From: an uncultured Ignavibacteria bacterium
GTDB taxonomy: Bacteria > Zixibacteria > MSB-5A5 > DSPP01 > RBG-1
DNA length: 64,000 nucleotides
Direction: 5' to 3'
Assembly: GCA_964399055.1 (NCBI GenBank)
Contig: CAYNPJ010000004.1
Location: 11,158-75,157 of the forward strand
Position 1 is the first letter of the stretch. Each line of letters starts with the position of its first letter. Both the position numbers and the translations under genes were made by a program. The notes below the pieces were generated by a model, which was given only the letters and a program-made list of their open reading frames with translations, was not told where the DNA came from and did not search any database. Shown piece after piece: positions 1 through 8,036 of the stretch.

Positions 1-33
1 TAATCCGACCACCAGGCTGGTTTTTGCCTTCAT
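1..33 (-). CDS. 5' end of an unknown gene running off the window (MKAKTSLVVGL...)
   Basis: ATG at 33-31 on the minus strand, preceded by GAGGTG SD; sigma-70-like promoter upstream; only 11 codons visible. Confidence 0.3.
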   Translation of the reverse strand, partial: MKAKTSLVVGL

Positions 34-115
34 AATTTCACCTCAGGCGGGGTTAAAATTGAACTTTGTCGACAAAAGACGGAGTTTTTATTACCGACTT
101 CCTCCAACTATCAAG

Positions 116-143
116 AAAATAGCCAATTTCGAGAAACTGTCAA
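116..143 (-). promoter_or_regulatory. sigma-70-like promoter TTGACA-N16-TATTTT for the gene leaving the window at position 1
   Basis: Reverse complement of 138-143 is TTGACA and of 116-121 is TATTTT, with a 16-nt spacer. Confidence 0.35.
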
Positions 144-235
144 CAGATATTTTCTGACTCTTAGCCGATTAATCCCTTGCATTACGTCAGGTTAACAATA
201 GCAAAAGTCTTCTTAGTCGGCTTAATACCAACACC

Positions 236-1474
236 TTAAGGTCTCACGACACCTAACTTCCTGAGCAATCTATTCTTACGATAATAAAGGCTTTCCAAAA
301 GTCCGTTTCCTGCCTGTAATGACAAGGAGACATTCAAATTATCAATCGCCCGCTCTACCAGTTTAAGCGCCTGCGGATACTGTCTAATGCGGTGCTCGTA
401 AAATTTGGCTAACTCCAAATAGGGCTCCAGGCAGAATCTATTATTCTCTGTGATTATTTGCCGCCAGATTGCTTCAGCCTTATCCCACTTTGCAGTCCGC
501 TTGTAGAGTCTTCCCAGCCAGAGAAGGCTGTCCATGAAAGAATCCTCGGAAGAGCCTTTCTCCTGAGATTTTTCCCAGCATAGAACAGCTCTCTCATACT
601 GGCCGGAGTAATAGAATTGCCGGCCCAAACTGAGCAAGTCCTCCGGATGTAATATTTCCAATTTTTCTGGTCTTTCCAAAATCTCACATAGATGAGCCAA
701 TAGACCAGCCATGGAGATAATGTCATATGCGTTATGCTCAGTAATAAGTTTAATTTTTTCTCTTTCCCCGCTGCGCAGGAAATCAAAATATGCCTGCGGT
801 ATCAGATAGCTGGGAATATCGAATTCTCTTGCCACTCCTAATATTTCTCTCTCTAAATTAGAGAGGCTGCAATCCTTGACTCTTCTCTTCCACACCCGCC
901 GGGCCGGAAAGAGCAAATCTAAGTGGCCCTCAAATTCCAGAGAGGCCTTGATGCGATTGAGTATGTATCTGGTCTTAAGAATGGGGATGTCGTAACCTTT
1001 GCCGTTATAGGTAACAATGTATGGATAGCTGGATAGCAACTCCGACAAATCGGCCAGCAAAGCTCTTTCCTCCCCATAATCCCGCATGAAAAACTGCCTC
1101 AAAACAAATTTATCAAGAGCAAAGTAGCCGACCCCCACCAGAAAGGGATGAGTGCCGGAGCCGCCCGCCAGGCCGGTAGTTTCGGTGTCTAAAAAGATGG
1201 TTTTGCTCAAATCTATTTCCTGCGAAAGCTGAGTTTTGGCTAAAAGAGTGATAGACCCGGAATCAGCGCTCAACAGGTCAGAAATAACCACCGACCCATG
1301 CTGGTAGGATGGTCTGTATTCCTTCTCAATGAGTACATATTCCCCCTTGGAATTAGAAATCACTCTACCATTCAGGAAATCAACCAGCGAAGAGTCCTTT
1401 TCCACCCTCTCTTTCTTTTCAGTTCTAATTAATCCCAGGCTCTTCAAACTTTGCAAGCGTTCCTGTAAATCCAT
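236..1474 (-). CDS. RNase H-like (DEDD-type, YprB/PF13482-like) predicted 3'-5' exonuclease fused to C-terminal TPR repeats
   Basis: FLDTETTGL exonuclease motif in the N half; TPR-like repeats (WLGRLYKRTAKWDKAEAIWRQ..., AKFYEHRIRQYPQALKLVERAI) in the C half; 5-nt gap to the upstream gene suggests an operon. Confidence 0.6.
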   Translation of the reverse strand: MDLQERLQSLKSLGLIRTEKKERVEKDSSLVDFLNGRVISNSKGEYVLIEKEYRPSYQHGSVVISDLLSADSGSITLLAKTQLSQEIDLSKTIFLDTETTGLAGGSGTHPFLVGVGYFALDKFVLRQFFMRDYGEERALLADLSELLSSYPYIVTYNGKGYDIPILKTRYILNRIKASLEFEGHLDLLFPARRVWKRRVKDCSLSNLEREILGVAREFDIPSYLIPQAYFDFLRSGEREKIKLITEHNAYDIISMAGLLAHLCEILERPEKLEILHPEDLLSLGRQFYYSGQYERAVLCWEKSQEKGSSEDSFMDSLLWLGRLYKRTAKWDKAEAIWRQIITENNRFCLEPYLELAKFYEHRIRQYPQALKLVERAIDNLNVSLSLQAGNGLLESLYYRKNRLLRKLGVVRP

Positions 1475-1478
1475 ACTT

Positions 1479-4412
1479 TTATCTCTTGAATTTATTTAGA
1501 ATTAATGCCAATTTCCCAGTTATGAAAGGGTGCTTCTCCTTCTCTTTCAATAGATTCAACTTGATTGCGTTTTCCATATTATCCGACCCCCCTAAAGCCT
1601 CAATTGTTGTTCCTTTCCCTCTCCAATTTTCTCTGTCATAAACCTGCCACAAGTAGTTACTAGCTGCCTGAGTTTTAGTTTTCCCCAGAGCTGATATGCA
1701 CAGAAGTCTCTTATCTCTTAACAGAGAATTTTCATATTCCCATTTCAGTTGCCCAACTGCTTTCTCTCCCAATTTACCTAATGCCTCCACTGCCGCCATC
1801 AGCACCGAGTAGTGCGGATCATCCAGAGCATAAATAAGATAATCCACTCCCCGCTCATCCTGCAGTTCCCCTAATGCATAGACCGAAGATTTTCTGACCA
1901 CTTCAACAGAATCAGATAACGCAAAAGCAACCCAGTTAAATGCGGAAGTATCTTTGGCATTTCCGATGGCCGTCAGAGCATATCCCCGCACCTGATAATC
2001 AGGATGATTGAGGATATCTATTAAATAGGGAACAGCGACAGTATCTTTCAGCTCACCCAATACCCGGCAGGCGTTCCTGAGCTTCCAATTATCTTCATTT
2101 TGCAATTCGCCTAATACTGAAGCGACCGGCAAAGTTGCCTCCGGAATTTTGCCTAATATATCCACCAGGGTTTGAATCTCTCTGGCATCTCTGGAATCAA
2201 GTTTCTTAACTAAATAAGGAATGGAATTTTCCTTCATCTCTCTCAGAGCCTGTTTTGCCGGCTCTACCCTATCCAAATGCTCCACATTAATGGCAGTTGC
2301 CTGGATAAAGAGTGAATCCACCAGCACTTTGAGGGATTCATTCTCCGGCTGAGTGGCAGTTTTCATTGCCTTTTCCCAGTCAGCCATATGAAAGGCCGGA
2401 AGGCCTGGCATTTTGAAATGGCGCTCAGTTGTGGATATTGTCTCAGGCTCAGAATAATATTCAGCCAAATCTTCTTCCTTCAAATCCAGCCCTATCCCCC
2501 ACTTTGAGCCAATCGACCACCAGGAGCCTTCTGAGCCATTGCCGGAATAATTATCATTTCCTTTCAAATCTAAAAACAAACCTATCGAGCCAAATTCCCT
2601 TCTGGGATTGCCATAGCCTCGAGTGTTGGATTTCTCTTTAGCGTAATAGCCATCATCCCCGGCCTGGTCAATCAAGATTCCGAAGCCATTTGCATTCCCT
2701 GCCCCTTGGGATAAGCCGTTGGCGTAATAATTATCATTTCCAGCTTTATCTAACAAAATCCCGGCTGAGTAATCATGCCCGCAACCCTGACCAACGCCAT
2801 TGACGCGATAAATGTCATCCCCGGCTGCATCGACTAAAGTGCCTAAAGTCATGTGCGTGCCGCAGCCCTGCGCATACTGAAAGCAGGAGTAGTAGTCATT
2901 TCCTTCTTTATCATACAGCCCTCCCCAGCCCCACCAGTAAGAGCTTCCCTGGCCGAAGATGTCCGCATTGTAGATGTCATTGCCGGAGTAGTCGAAGAGT
3001 AAACCAATACCGCCGGACATATAGGGCCTGATGCCATAGGCAAAACCCTGGGAAAGTGAGAGGTAGTGGTCTTTGTATCTTAAAATGTCCTTGTATTTCC
3101 CTCCGGCGAAGTAATTGTCGCTGCCCGATCTGTCAATCAACATCCCGCAGCCAGCCACAAAGCCGAAGCCCTGAGAGAAAAGCGCGCCATTATATGTATC
3201 CGTGCCTTCCAAATCAATCAATAGTCCCAGACCCCACCCTCCTGCTCCCTGCGTATAAGTGTCTCCGAAATATTTATCATCCCCCTTTCTGTCTATTAAT
3301 ACGCCGATTCCAAACAAACCTGAGCCCAGACTGAAATTCTTACCTATGTATGTATCATTTCCCTCTTCGTCAATGAGAATACTCCCACCAAAAAATCCCG
3401 AGGCAATGGCAAAATCAGACTTCGCTCTGTATATATCATCTCCGCTCAGATCAAGTATTGTTTGCATGCATACCAGAGAATCGTATTCCAGTTCATACAC
3501 GTCATCACCACCCAAATCAATAATCAAGGCAGGACTGCCATAGTAATAAGAACTACCGGTTCCACCAATTAAGATATCACCTATTTTAGTCTTGCCATGA
3601 AAAATGATATCATTCACTTCTTGCTTATTTTCCTCTCTCCACTTAGATCTGTGCGCCTGTTCTTCATTTTCGAAATTTATTGCGGCCTCACCAAGATAAG
3701 CACTTACAAACCACATCCAATGTATCCAATCGAATTTTTCACGGAACTTTGAAATTTGTTTGGCCAGTTCTTCCTCATACTTCTGATTCTGGTCCAGTTT
3801 CTCTGGTGTCTTAAATTGATCATTCACATCTTCCAGAAGTAAAATTGGGGCATTATGCCTTAAGAACATAAAAAGAGAGTCCTGTGGAGGTCGAACATTC
3901 CACACATGTTGCATATATAGAAATAATCGCAGTATGTAATTTGTATCCTTTCCCGTAACCTTCTTGAGGATCTTGTTAGCTTTAAAGAGGTCAGGATACT
4001 CACGCTCAGAGGGCACTCCTTCTAACTCTGTTACATCCCAAGGGTGAGGTTTACGCCTGGGTATTATCTCATTATATTTTTCATGCAAATCTAGTGCTGG
4101 TTCCCAAATAGGATGCGTTAGAAATAGGTCTAACCTTATGTCAGTCATACCACCAAAATTGTAAACAATATCCTTTAGTTCCAGTAAACTCGATATAGTG
4201 AATCCCGGTGTGTGCATAAGGCTATCCATAAGTTTTAGCCTGAAATCGTCCACCTCCGTATAATCATTCCTGAAAGTCAAATCCGCAGGCTTCATCAAAA
4301 GACATTTCAGCCCCAGAGCCAAGGCCGAATCAACTTGAGCGTTATACTTGCTCTGCGCAGACGCAATTCCAAAAAGAAATAGACCGAGCAGAGCAATCGA
4401 CACTTTCCTCAT
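1479..4412 (-). CDS. large secreted multi-domain protein: signal peptide, novel ~270-aa N-domain, ~15 tandem beta-roll/RTX-like 'G-x-L-x-D-x-x-G-N/D-D-x-Y' repeats, C-terminal PBS-lyase-type HEAT repeats
   Basis: ORF 1479..4490 opens with a TTG; an internal ATG at 4412 gives the classic signal peptide MRKVSIALLGLFLFGIASAQS; repeats such as LIDLGGDDVY, LIDEEGNDTY, LIDRKGDDKY, LLDKAGNDNYY, LIDQAGDDGYY; HEAT-like repeats (HPDYQVRGYALTAIGNAKD, DPHYSVLMAAVEALGKLG). Confidence 0.7.
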   Translation of the reverse strand: MRKVSIALLGLFLFGIASAQSKYNAQVDSALALGLKCLLMKPADLTFRNDYTEVDDFRLKLMDSLMHTPGFTISSLLELKDIVYNFGGMTDIRLDLFLTHPIWEPALDLHEKYNEIIPRRKPHPWDVTELEGVPSEREYPDLFKANKILKKVTGKDTNYILRLFLYMQHVWNVRPPQDSLFMFLRHNAPILLLEDVNDQFKTPEKLDQNQKYEEELAKQISKFREKFDWIHWMWFVSAYLGEAAINFENEEQAHRSKWREENKQEVNDIIFHGKTKIGDILIGGTGSSYYYGSPALIIDLGGDDVYELEYDSLVCMQTILDLSGDDIYRAKSDFAIASGFFGGSILIDEEGNDTYIGKNFSLGSGLFGIGVLIDRKGDDKYFGDTYTQGAGGWGLGLLIDLEGTDTYNGALFSQGFGFVAGCGMLIDRSGSDNYFAGGKYKDILRYKDHYLSLSQGFAYGIRPYMSGGIGLLFDYSGNDIYNADIFGQGSSYWWGWGGLYDKEGNDYYSCFQYAQGCGTHMTLGTLVDAAGDDIYRVNGVGQGCGHDYSAGILLDKAGNDNYYANGLSQGAGNANGFGILIDQAGDDGYYAKEKSNTRGYGNPRREFGSIGLFLDLKGNDNYSGNGSEGSWWSIGSKWGIGLDLKEEDLAEYYSEPETISTTERHFKMPGLPAFHMADWEKAMKTATQPENESLKVLVDSLFIQATAINVEHLDRVEPAKQALREMKENSIPYLVKKLDSRDAREIQTLVDILGKIPEATLPVASVLGELQNEDNWKLRNACRVLGELKDTVAVPYLIDILNHPDYQVRGYALTAIGNAKDTSAFNWVAFALSDSVEVVRKSSVYALGELQDERGVDYLIYALDDPHYSVLMAAVEALGKLGEKAVGQLKWEYENSLLRDKRLLCISALGKTKTQAASNYLWQVYDRENWRGKGTTIEALGGSDNMENAIKLNLLKEKEKHPFITGKLALILNKFKR

Positions 4413-4531
4413 AGAAGGACCTGCCGAAAATAATCCCCCTCCTGAACAAATGTCAACTTTTTTCTCTAAAAAGCAAAAGCCCTCTGACAATCGCCAGAGG
4501 GCCCGCCCTCCTATACTTAGCCCACCCCTCT

Positions 4532-5968
4532 CTAAGTCAGCTGATATTTAGCCATTCTATCTCTTAGAGTGTTCCTGCTCACCCCTAAAATCTTGGCCGA
4601 GCGCAGTTGATTGGACTCAGTCTGCTTCAAAACTTTTTCTATCAGCGCTTTTTCTAAGGCCGAGGAGATGTGGTCATAGATATGCCCGTCGGAATTGTCC
4701 ATAATCTTGCCGAAGACCGGTTCTAAAACTTCGGAAAAAAGCTTGTAGTAATCCTGCTGAATCTTCTGGAAGTCAAAGGGGATTCTCTCCCTGGTGTCGG
4801 AATACAGAGGGAAATGCTCCGGCGCCAAGATTTCTCCCTTGCACATCACCACTGCGGTGTGAATGTTGTTCTCTAATTCGCGCACGTTGCCGGGCCAGTG
4901 GTATCTGCCCAGCATCTCTTGAGCTTCCTTGGAGACGGACCTTATCTCTTTCCCCACCTGCGGGGCGTATTTTTTGAGGAAGTGTTTGGCTAAAACCGGT
5001 ATGTCGACTTTTCTTTCCCTCAAGGGAGGTAAATATATGGAGACCACTTTCAGACGGTAGAACAAATCTACCCTGAATTTGTTGTCTTTTATCAGCTCGA
5101 CTAAACTTTTATTAGTGGCAGCGATTACCCGGACATCCACCTTTATGGTCTCATTCCCCCCCACCCGCTCGAACTCCTGTTCTTGAAGGACGCGTAAGAC
5201 TTTGCTCTGGGTGACTAAGGACATGTCGGCGATTTCGTCCAAGAAAATAGTGCCATTGTGGCATTGTTCGAATTTTCCAATCTTGCGGGCATAGGCGCCG
5301 GTGAAGGCCCCTTTTTCATGGCCGAATAATTCTGATTCAAGTAAAGTCTCTGGCAGGGCCGCGCAGTTGACTGACAAAAAAGCCTTGTCGGCCCGGCGCG
5401 AATTGCGGAAAATGGCCCGGGCTACTAATTCTTTGCCAGTTCCGGATTCCCCCATGATTAATACTGAAGCGTCGGTTTTGGCAACCTGTCCAATTAATTT
5501 GGCTATCTCTACTATTTCCGGAGACTGGCCGATTATTTCATTTTCGCTAAACTCTCCGGGTTTGCCTCCGTTAGGGGCACCAGGCTTGCCCAGGTGTTTT
5601 TCCGAGAGGGCTTTGCGGACTTCACCAGCCACCTTTTCTAAGGTAAAAGGCTTAGTGATATAATCAAAAGCCCCCTCTTTCATAGCTTCGATGGCCGATT
5701 CAGTGGAGACGTAGCCGGTCAGGATAATGACCGGGACCTTGCCGTCAGTGGTCTTTATCTTTCTTAAGACTTCCAAGCCGGACATTCCCGGAAGATTCAA
5801 GTCTAAAAGAACTACGTCGGGCTGAAGTTCCGGTAGTTTGGCTAAGGCATCTTCCCCTTTTTCAAAGGAGAGCAGGCTGAATTCAGGAGGGGCTAAAAAC
5901 TGGGAAAGGGTCCCGCTTACTGCCGGGTCGTCATCAATCAGAAAGACCTTGGGAGTCTGCAGAGTCAT
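4532..5968 (-). CDS. sigma-54-dependent Fis-family response regulator (NtrC-like enhancer-binding protein), orphan with no adjacent kinase
   Basis: Receiver domain (VFLIDDDPAV...LLDLNLPGMSG); Pro/Gly-rich linker (GKPGAPNGGKPG); AAA+ motifs ESGTGKELVARAIF and GAFTGA; C-terminal HTH (KILGVSRNTLRDRMAKY). Confidence 0.9.
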   Translation of the reverse strand: MTLQTPKVFLIDDDPAVSGTLSQFLAPPEFSLLSFEKGEDALAKLPELQPDVVLLDLNLPGMSGLEVLRKIKTTDGKVPVIILTGYVSTESAIEAMKEGAFDYITKPFTLEKVAGEVRKALSEKHLGKPGAPNGGKPGEFSENEIIGQSPEIVEIAKLIGQVAKTDASVLIMGESGTGKELVARAIFRNSRRADKAFLSVNCAALPETLLESELFGHEKGAFTGAYARKIGKFEQCHNGTIFLDEIADMSLVTQSKVLRVLQEQEFERVGGNETIKVDVRVIAATNKSLVELIKDNKFRVDLFYRLKVVSIYLPPLRERKVDIPVLAKHFLKKYAPQVGKEIRSVSKEAQEMLGRYHWPGNVRELENNIHTAVVMCKGEILAPEHFPLYSDTRERIPFDFQKIQQDYYKLFSEVLEPVFGKIMDNSDGHIYDHISSALEKALIEKVLKQTESNQLRSAKILGVSRNTLRDRMAKYQLT

Positions 5969-6005
5969 TCTAAACTTTTAATCGGTATTTTTGATGAATT
6001 TTTAA

Positions 6006-6015
6006 CTGCCGGCAG
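6006..6015. promoter_or_regulatory. perfect 10-bp palindrome CTGCCGGCAG about 40 nt upstream of the sigma-54 regulator start; candidate operator
   Basis: Palindrome read directly; flanked by TTAA on both sides. Confidence 0.25.
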
Positions 6016-6089
6016 GCTTAAAAATCGTGAATTTTAGCCCTTTTAAAGCAGGAGAGTATGCAATTGATTTCGCATGTCAATCGGAATGT

Positions 6090-6127
6090 CTGTATAAAAC
6101 AGAAAGCGAGCCCTTTTGAGCTCGCTT
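6090..6127 (-). terminator. rho-independent terminator after PEP-CTERM gene 1
   Basis: Minus-strand reading AAGCGAGC-TCAAAAGG-GCTCGCTT (8-bp stem) followed by TCTGTTTTAT. Confidence 0.6.
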
Positions 6128-6158
6128 GTACCATTAAAAGCTGTTCTATATAAGTTAG

Positions 6159-6881
6159 TTACTTCTTACGTCTTAATCTGGCAAAACCGGCTGCACCTAA
6201 GAGGCCGCTGCCAAAGAGAAATAGAGTGGCCGGTTCAGGCACTTCAGGCGGAGTCTCACACAGGTCGGTGCCGTAAACAAATTTGACGTTCCTGATTTTG
6301 GCGCTGGGGTCAAAATAGGAAGAAATGCCGCTCAAGGTGAATACTACCTGATTCTGGATTAGAGCGTTACTTCCAGTAACCGCGGCATTCCCGGAAAATA
6401 AATTATCTGCGGCAGAGGTGATACCGTATTGCAATCCGTCAGGCGAATCAGGGCCTTGCAGATTAGGGCCCGGGAACCTGTCCCCTGACCCGAACAGGCC
6501 AAAGCCGGCAGAGCTTATGCCGTAGCGACCCAATCCATAGTTAGGAAAGCTGGAACTGTACCGAAAAGCCCACTCTCCGCCTACGTTGCCTCCATTAGAA
6601 GGGCCGTAGAATACAGATGAGCCTCCGCCCAGAGCGGCAGAGACCCTGCTTAGAGATGGATTGTACCTAATGTCGAAGAATACCGCGGTAAGCACTTCAT
6701 TGGGTGCCGTGACGTCAGCTGAGGAAGTGTTAGTCAGGGTGATTTGCAGATTTCCACTGACCACAGCAAATATAGCGCTGGCCGCCAGACTGCCACTGGA
6801 CCAGTTGTAAGTGAAAGGCACAGCCAAAGCCGTACCGCTGATTAATAGGGAAAGTAAAATCCCTGCTTTTATGAGCCTCAT
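6159..6881 (-). CDS. PEP-CTERM domain secreted protein (exosortase substrate)
   Basis: N-terminal signal peptide; C-terminal VPEPATLFLFGSGLLGAAGFARLRRKK (PEP motif, TM helix, basic tail); AGGAGG RBS. Confidence 0.9.
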   Translation of the reverse strand: MRLIKAGILLSLLISGTALAVPFTYNWSSGSLAASAIFAVVSGNLQITLTNTSSADVTAPNEVLTAVFFDIRYNPSLSRVSAALGGGSSVFYGPSNGGNVGGEWAFRYSSSFPNYGLGRYGISSAGFGLFGSGDRFPGPNLQGPDSPDGLQYGITSAADNLFSGNAAVTGSNALIQNQVVFTLSGISSYFDPSAKIRNVKFVYGTDLCETPPEVPEPATLFLFGSGLLGAAGFARLRRKK

Positions 6882-7019
6882 TCTCTCCTCCTGCTGGTTA
6901 GCATCCTGTTTATCTTTTTTTTGTTTCAGGGAGCAAGACTCCGCTTGAGTCCCGCTCTTTTTGGTTGTCTGTCTTAGTTATAAATCCTCATGCCATCCTG
7001 TGGCGTAAATCTTCCAGAC

Positions 7020-7658
7020 TTACTTTTTCCGGCGAAGCTTCGAAAATCCGGCTGCGCTTAGGAGTCCGCTGCCTAAGAGTAACATGGTGGCCGGCTCAGG
7101 AATTTCAGGTGTACGTCCTGGACCATACCAAGCAGTGTTTCCGTCAATCTCTTCTCTGTAGTAACCCCAGTCGAGGTGAACCAGGTATTTGGTAGTGGCT
7201 GGATTCAAATTGCATCCAGTGCCATTGAAGTCTGCCACCAGAACATTGGTGCAATCCCCTTTATGAATATAGTCGACTGGTGACCCGGTATGGGTTCCGA
7301 AAACACCTTTGGGTCTTTCGTAGCCGCCGTTGAAGTCCCAGTTGGCTATGGTAGTAACGCCGGCTGTCGTACCCCACCCAGGAACCGCAGCTTCCAAATC
7401 TGGTCCTTGATTACCGTTCTCCAAATAGACCGCAAGGGCTTTAATTCCACCGACGTTAATGATACCGCCAATTGGGGCTCCTGCATCAACGCAGACCTGG
7501 AAGGTCCAGACATTGGCAGGACCCTGAGTGCCCGTTACTGAAACAAAGCTCAAAGTCCCTGCTGAAGCGTTCAGACTTGGCCAGGGGTCAGCGTTTACGG
7601 TTGCTGCTGTCAAAACCAAAACCAGTCCCAGGATTGCCAGCAGAGTTAACTTCTTCAT
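7020..7658 (-). CDS. PEP-CTERM domain secreted protein (exosortase substrate)
   Basis: Start moved to the internal ATG at 7658 (MKKLTLLAILG..., signal peptide) preceded by AAGGAGG; C-terminal IPEPATMLLLGSGLLSAAGFSKLRRKK. Confidence 0.88.
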   Translation of the reverse strand: MKKLTLLAILGLVLVLTAATVNADPWPSLNASAGTLSFVSVTGTQGPANVWTFQVCVDAGAPIGGIINVGGIKALAVYLENGNQGPDLEAAVPGWGTTAGVTTIANWDFNGGYERPKGVFGTHTGSPVDYIHKGDCTNVLVADFNGTGCNLNPATTKYLVHLDWGYYREEIDGNTAWYGPGRTPEIPEPATMLLLGSGLLSAAGFSKLRRKK

Positions 7659-7719
7659 TGATTCCTCCTTAAAGATTTGAATTGGTTTCAAGTTATAATT
7701 CTTCATGCAGAATTAAATC

Positions 7720-7737
7720 AGCAACCGTTATGCCAAT
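7720..7737 (-). promoter_or_regulatory. sigma-54 (RpoN) promoter, -24 TGGCAT / -12 TTGCT, driving the PEP-CTERM genes
   Basis: Reverse complement of 7721-7737 is TTGGCATAACGGTTGCT, matching TGGCAC-N5-TTGCW in spacing and the GG/GC dinucleotides; about 60 nt upstream of the ATG at 7658. Confidence 0.7.
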
Positions 7738-7769
7738 GGCCAGAACTAACCTTCAAAGAGCTAACCTAT

Positions 7770-7782
7770 TGTCATTCTGACA
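7770..7782. promoter_or_regulatory. inverted repeat TGTCA-N3-TGACA, candidate enhancer (UAS) for a sigma-54 activator
   Basis: Perfect IR about 35 bp upstream of the -24 element; a second IR CTGTC-N9-GACAG lies at 7888-7906. Confidence 0.35.
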
Positions 7783-7887
7783 GTTAATTTAAACAACTTA
7801 AAGGCTGACCCCATGCCATTTGTTTGTTTTCCCGACAACCTAAAAACTCATCCTAAGATAAACTCATACAATACATTATATTCCAAC

Positions 7888-7906
7888 TGTCAGGAAAACC
7901 GACAGC
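7888..7906. promoter_or_regulatory. inverted repeat CTGTC-N9-GACAG, second candidate UAS in the divergent PEP-CTERM/exosortase intergenic region
   Basis: Read directly; shares the TGTC/GACA half-sites with the 7770-7782 repeat. Confidence 0.3.
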
Positions 7907-8036
7907 TCTTAAAATACCTCTTCATCTCACTTCAGATTTGTTGCAAGAAGATGCATGATTTACTGAGCAAATCCTCTTGATATGGACTGACTCTTCTCTT
8001 GCCATTTCCTTCCGATAGAATTAATTACAACCGTTG

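Noticed and set aside
6990-7010. Second TGGCAT motif between the two PEP-CTERM genes as a possible sigma-54 promoter
   Set aside because: The sequence is TGGCATGAGGATTTAT. The -12 position lacks the GC dinucleotide, so it does not satisfy GG-N10-GC.
6882-7019. Imperfect hairpin GGGAGCAAGACTC...GAGTCCCGCTC between the two PEP-CTERM genes, as a terminator
   Set aside because: The stem has several mismatches and is followed by an A-rich rather than a U-rich tract on the transcribed strand. It is more likely an inter-cistronic structure within one sigma-54 transcript than a terminator.
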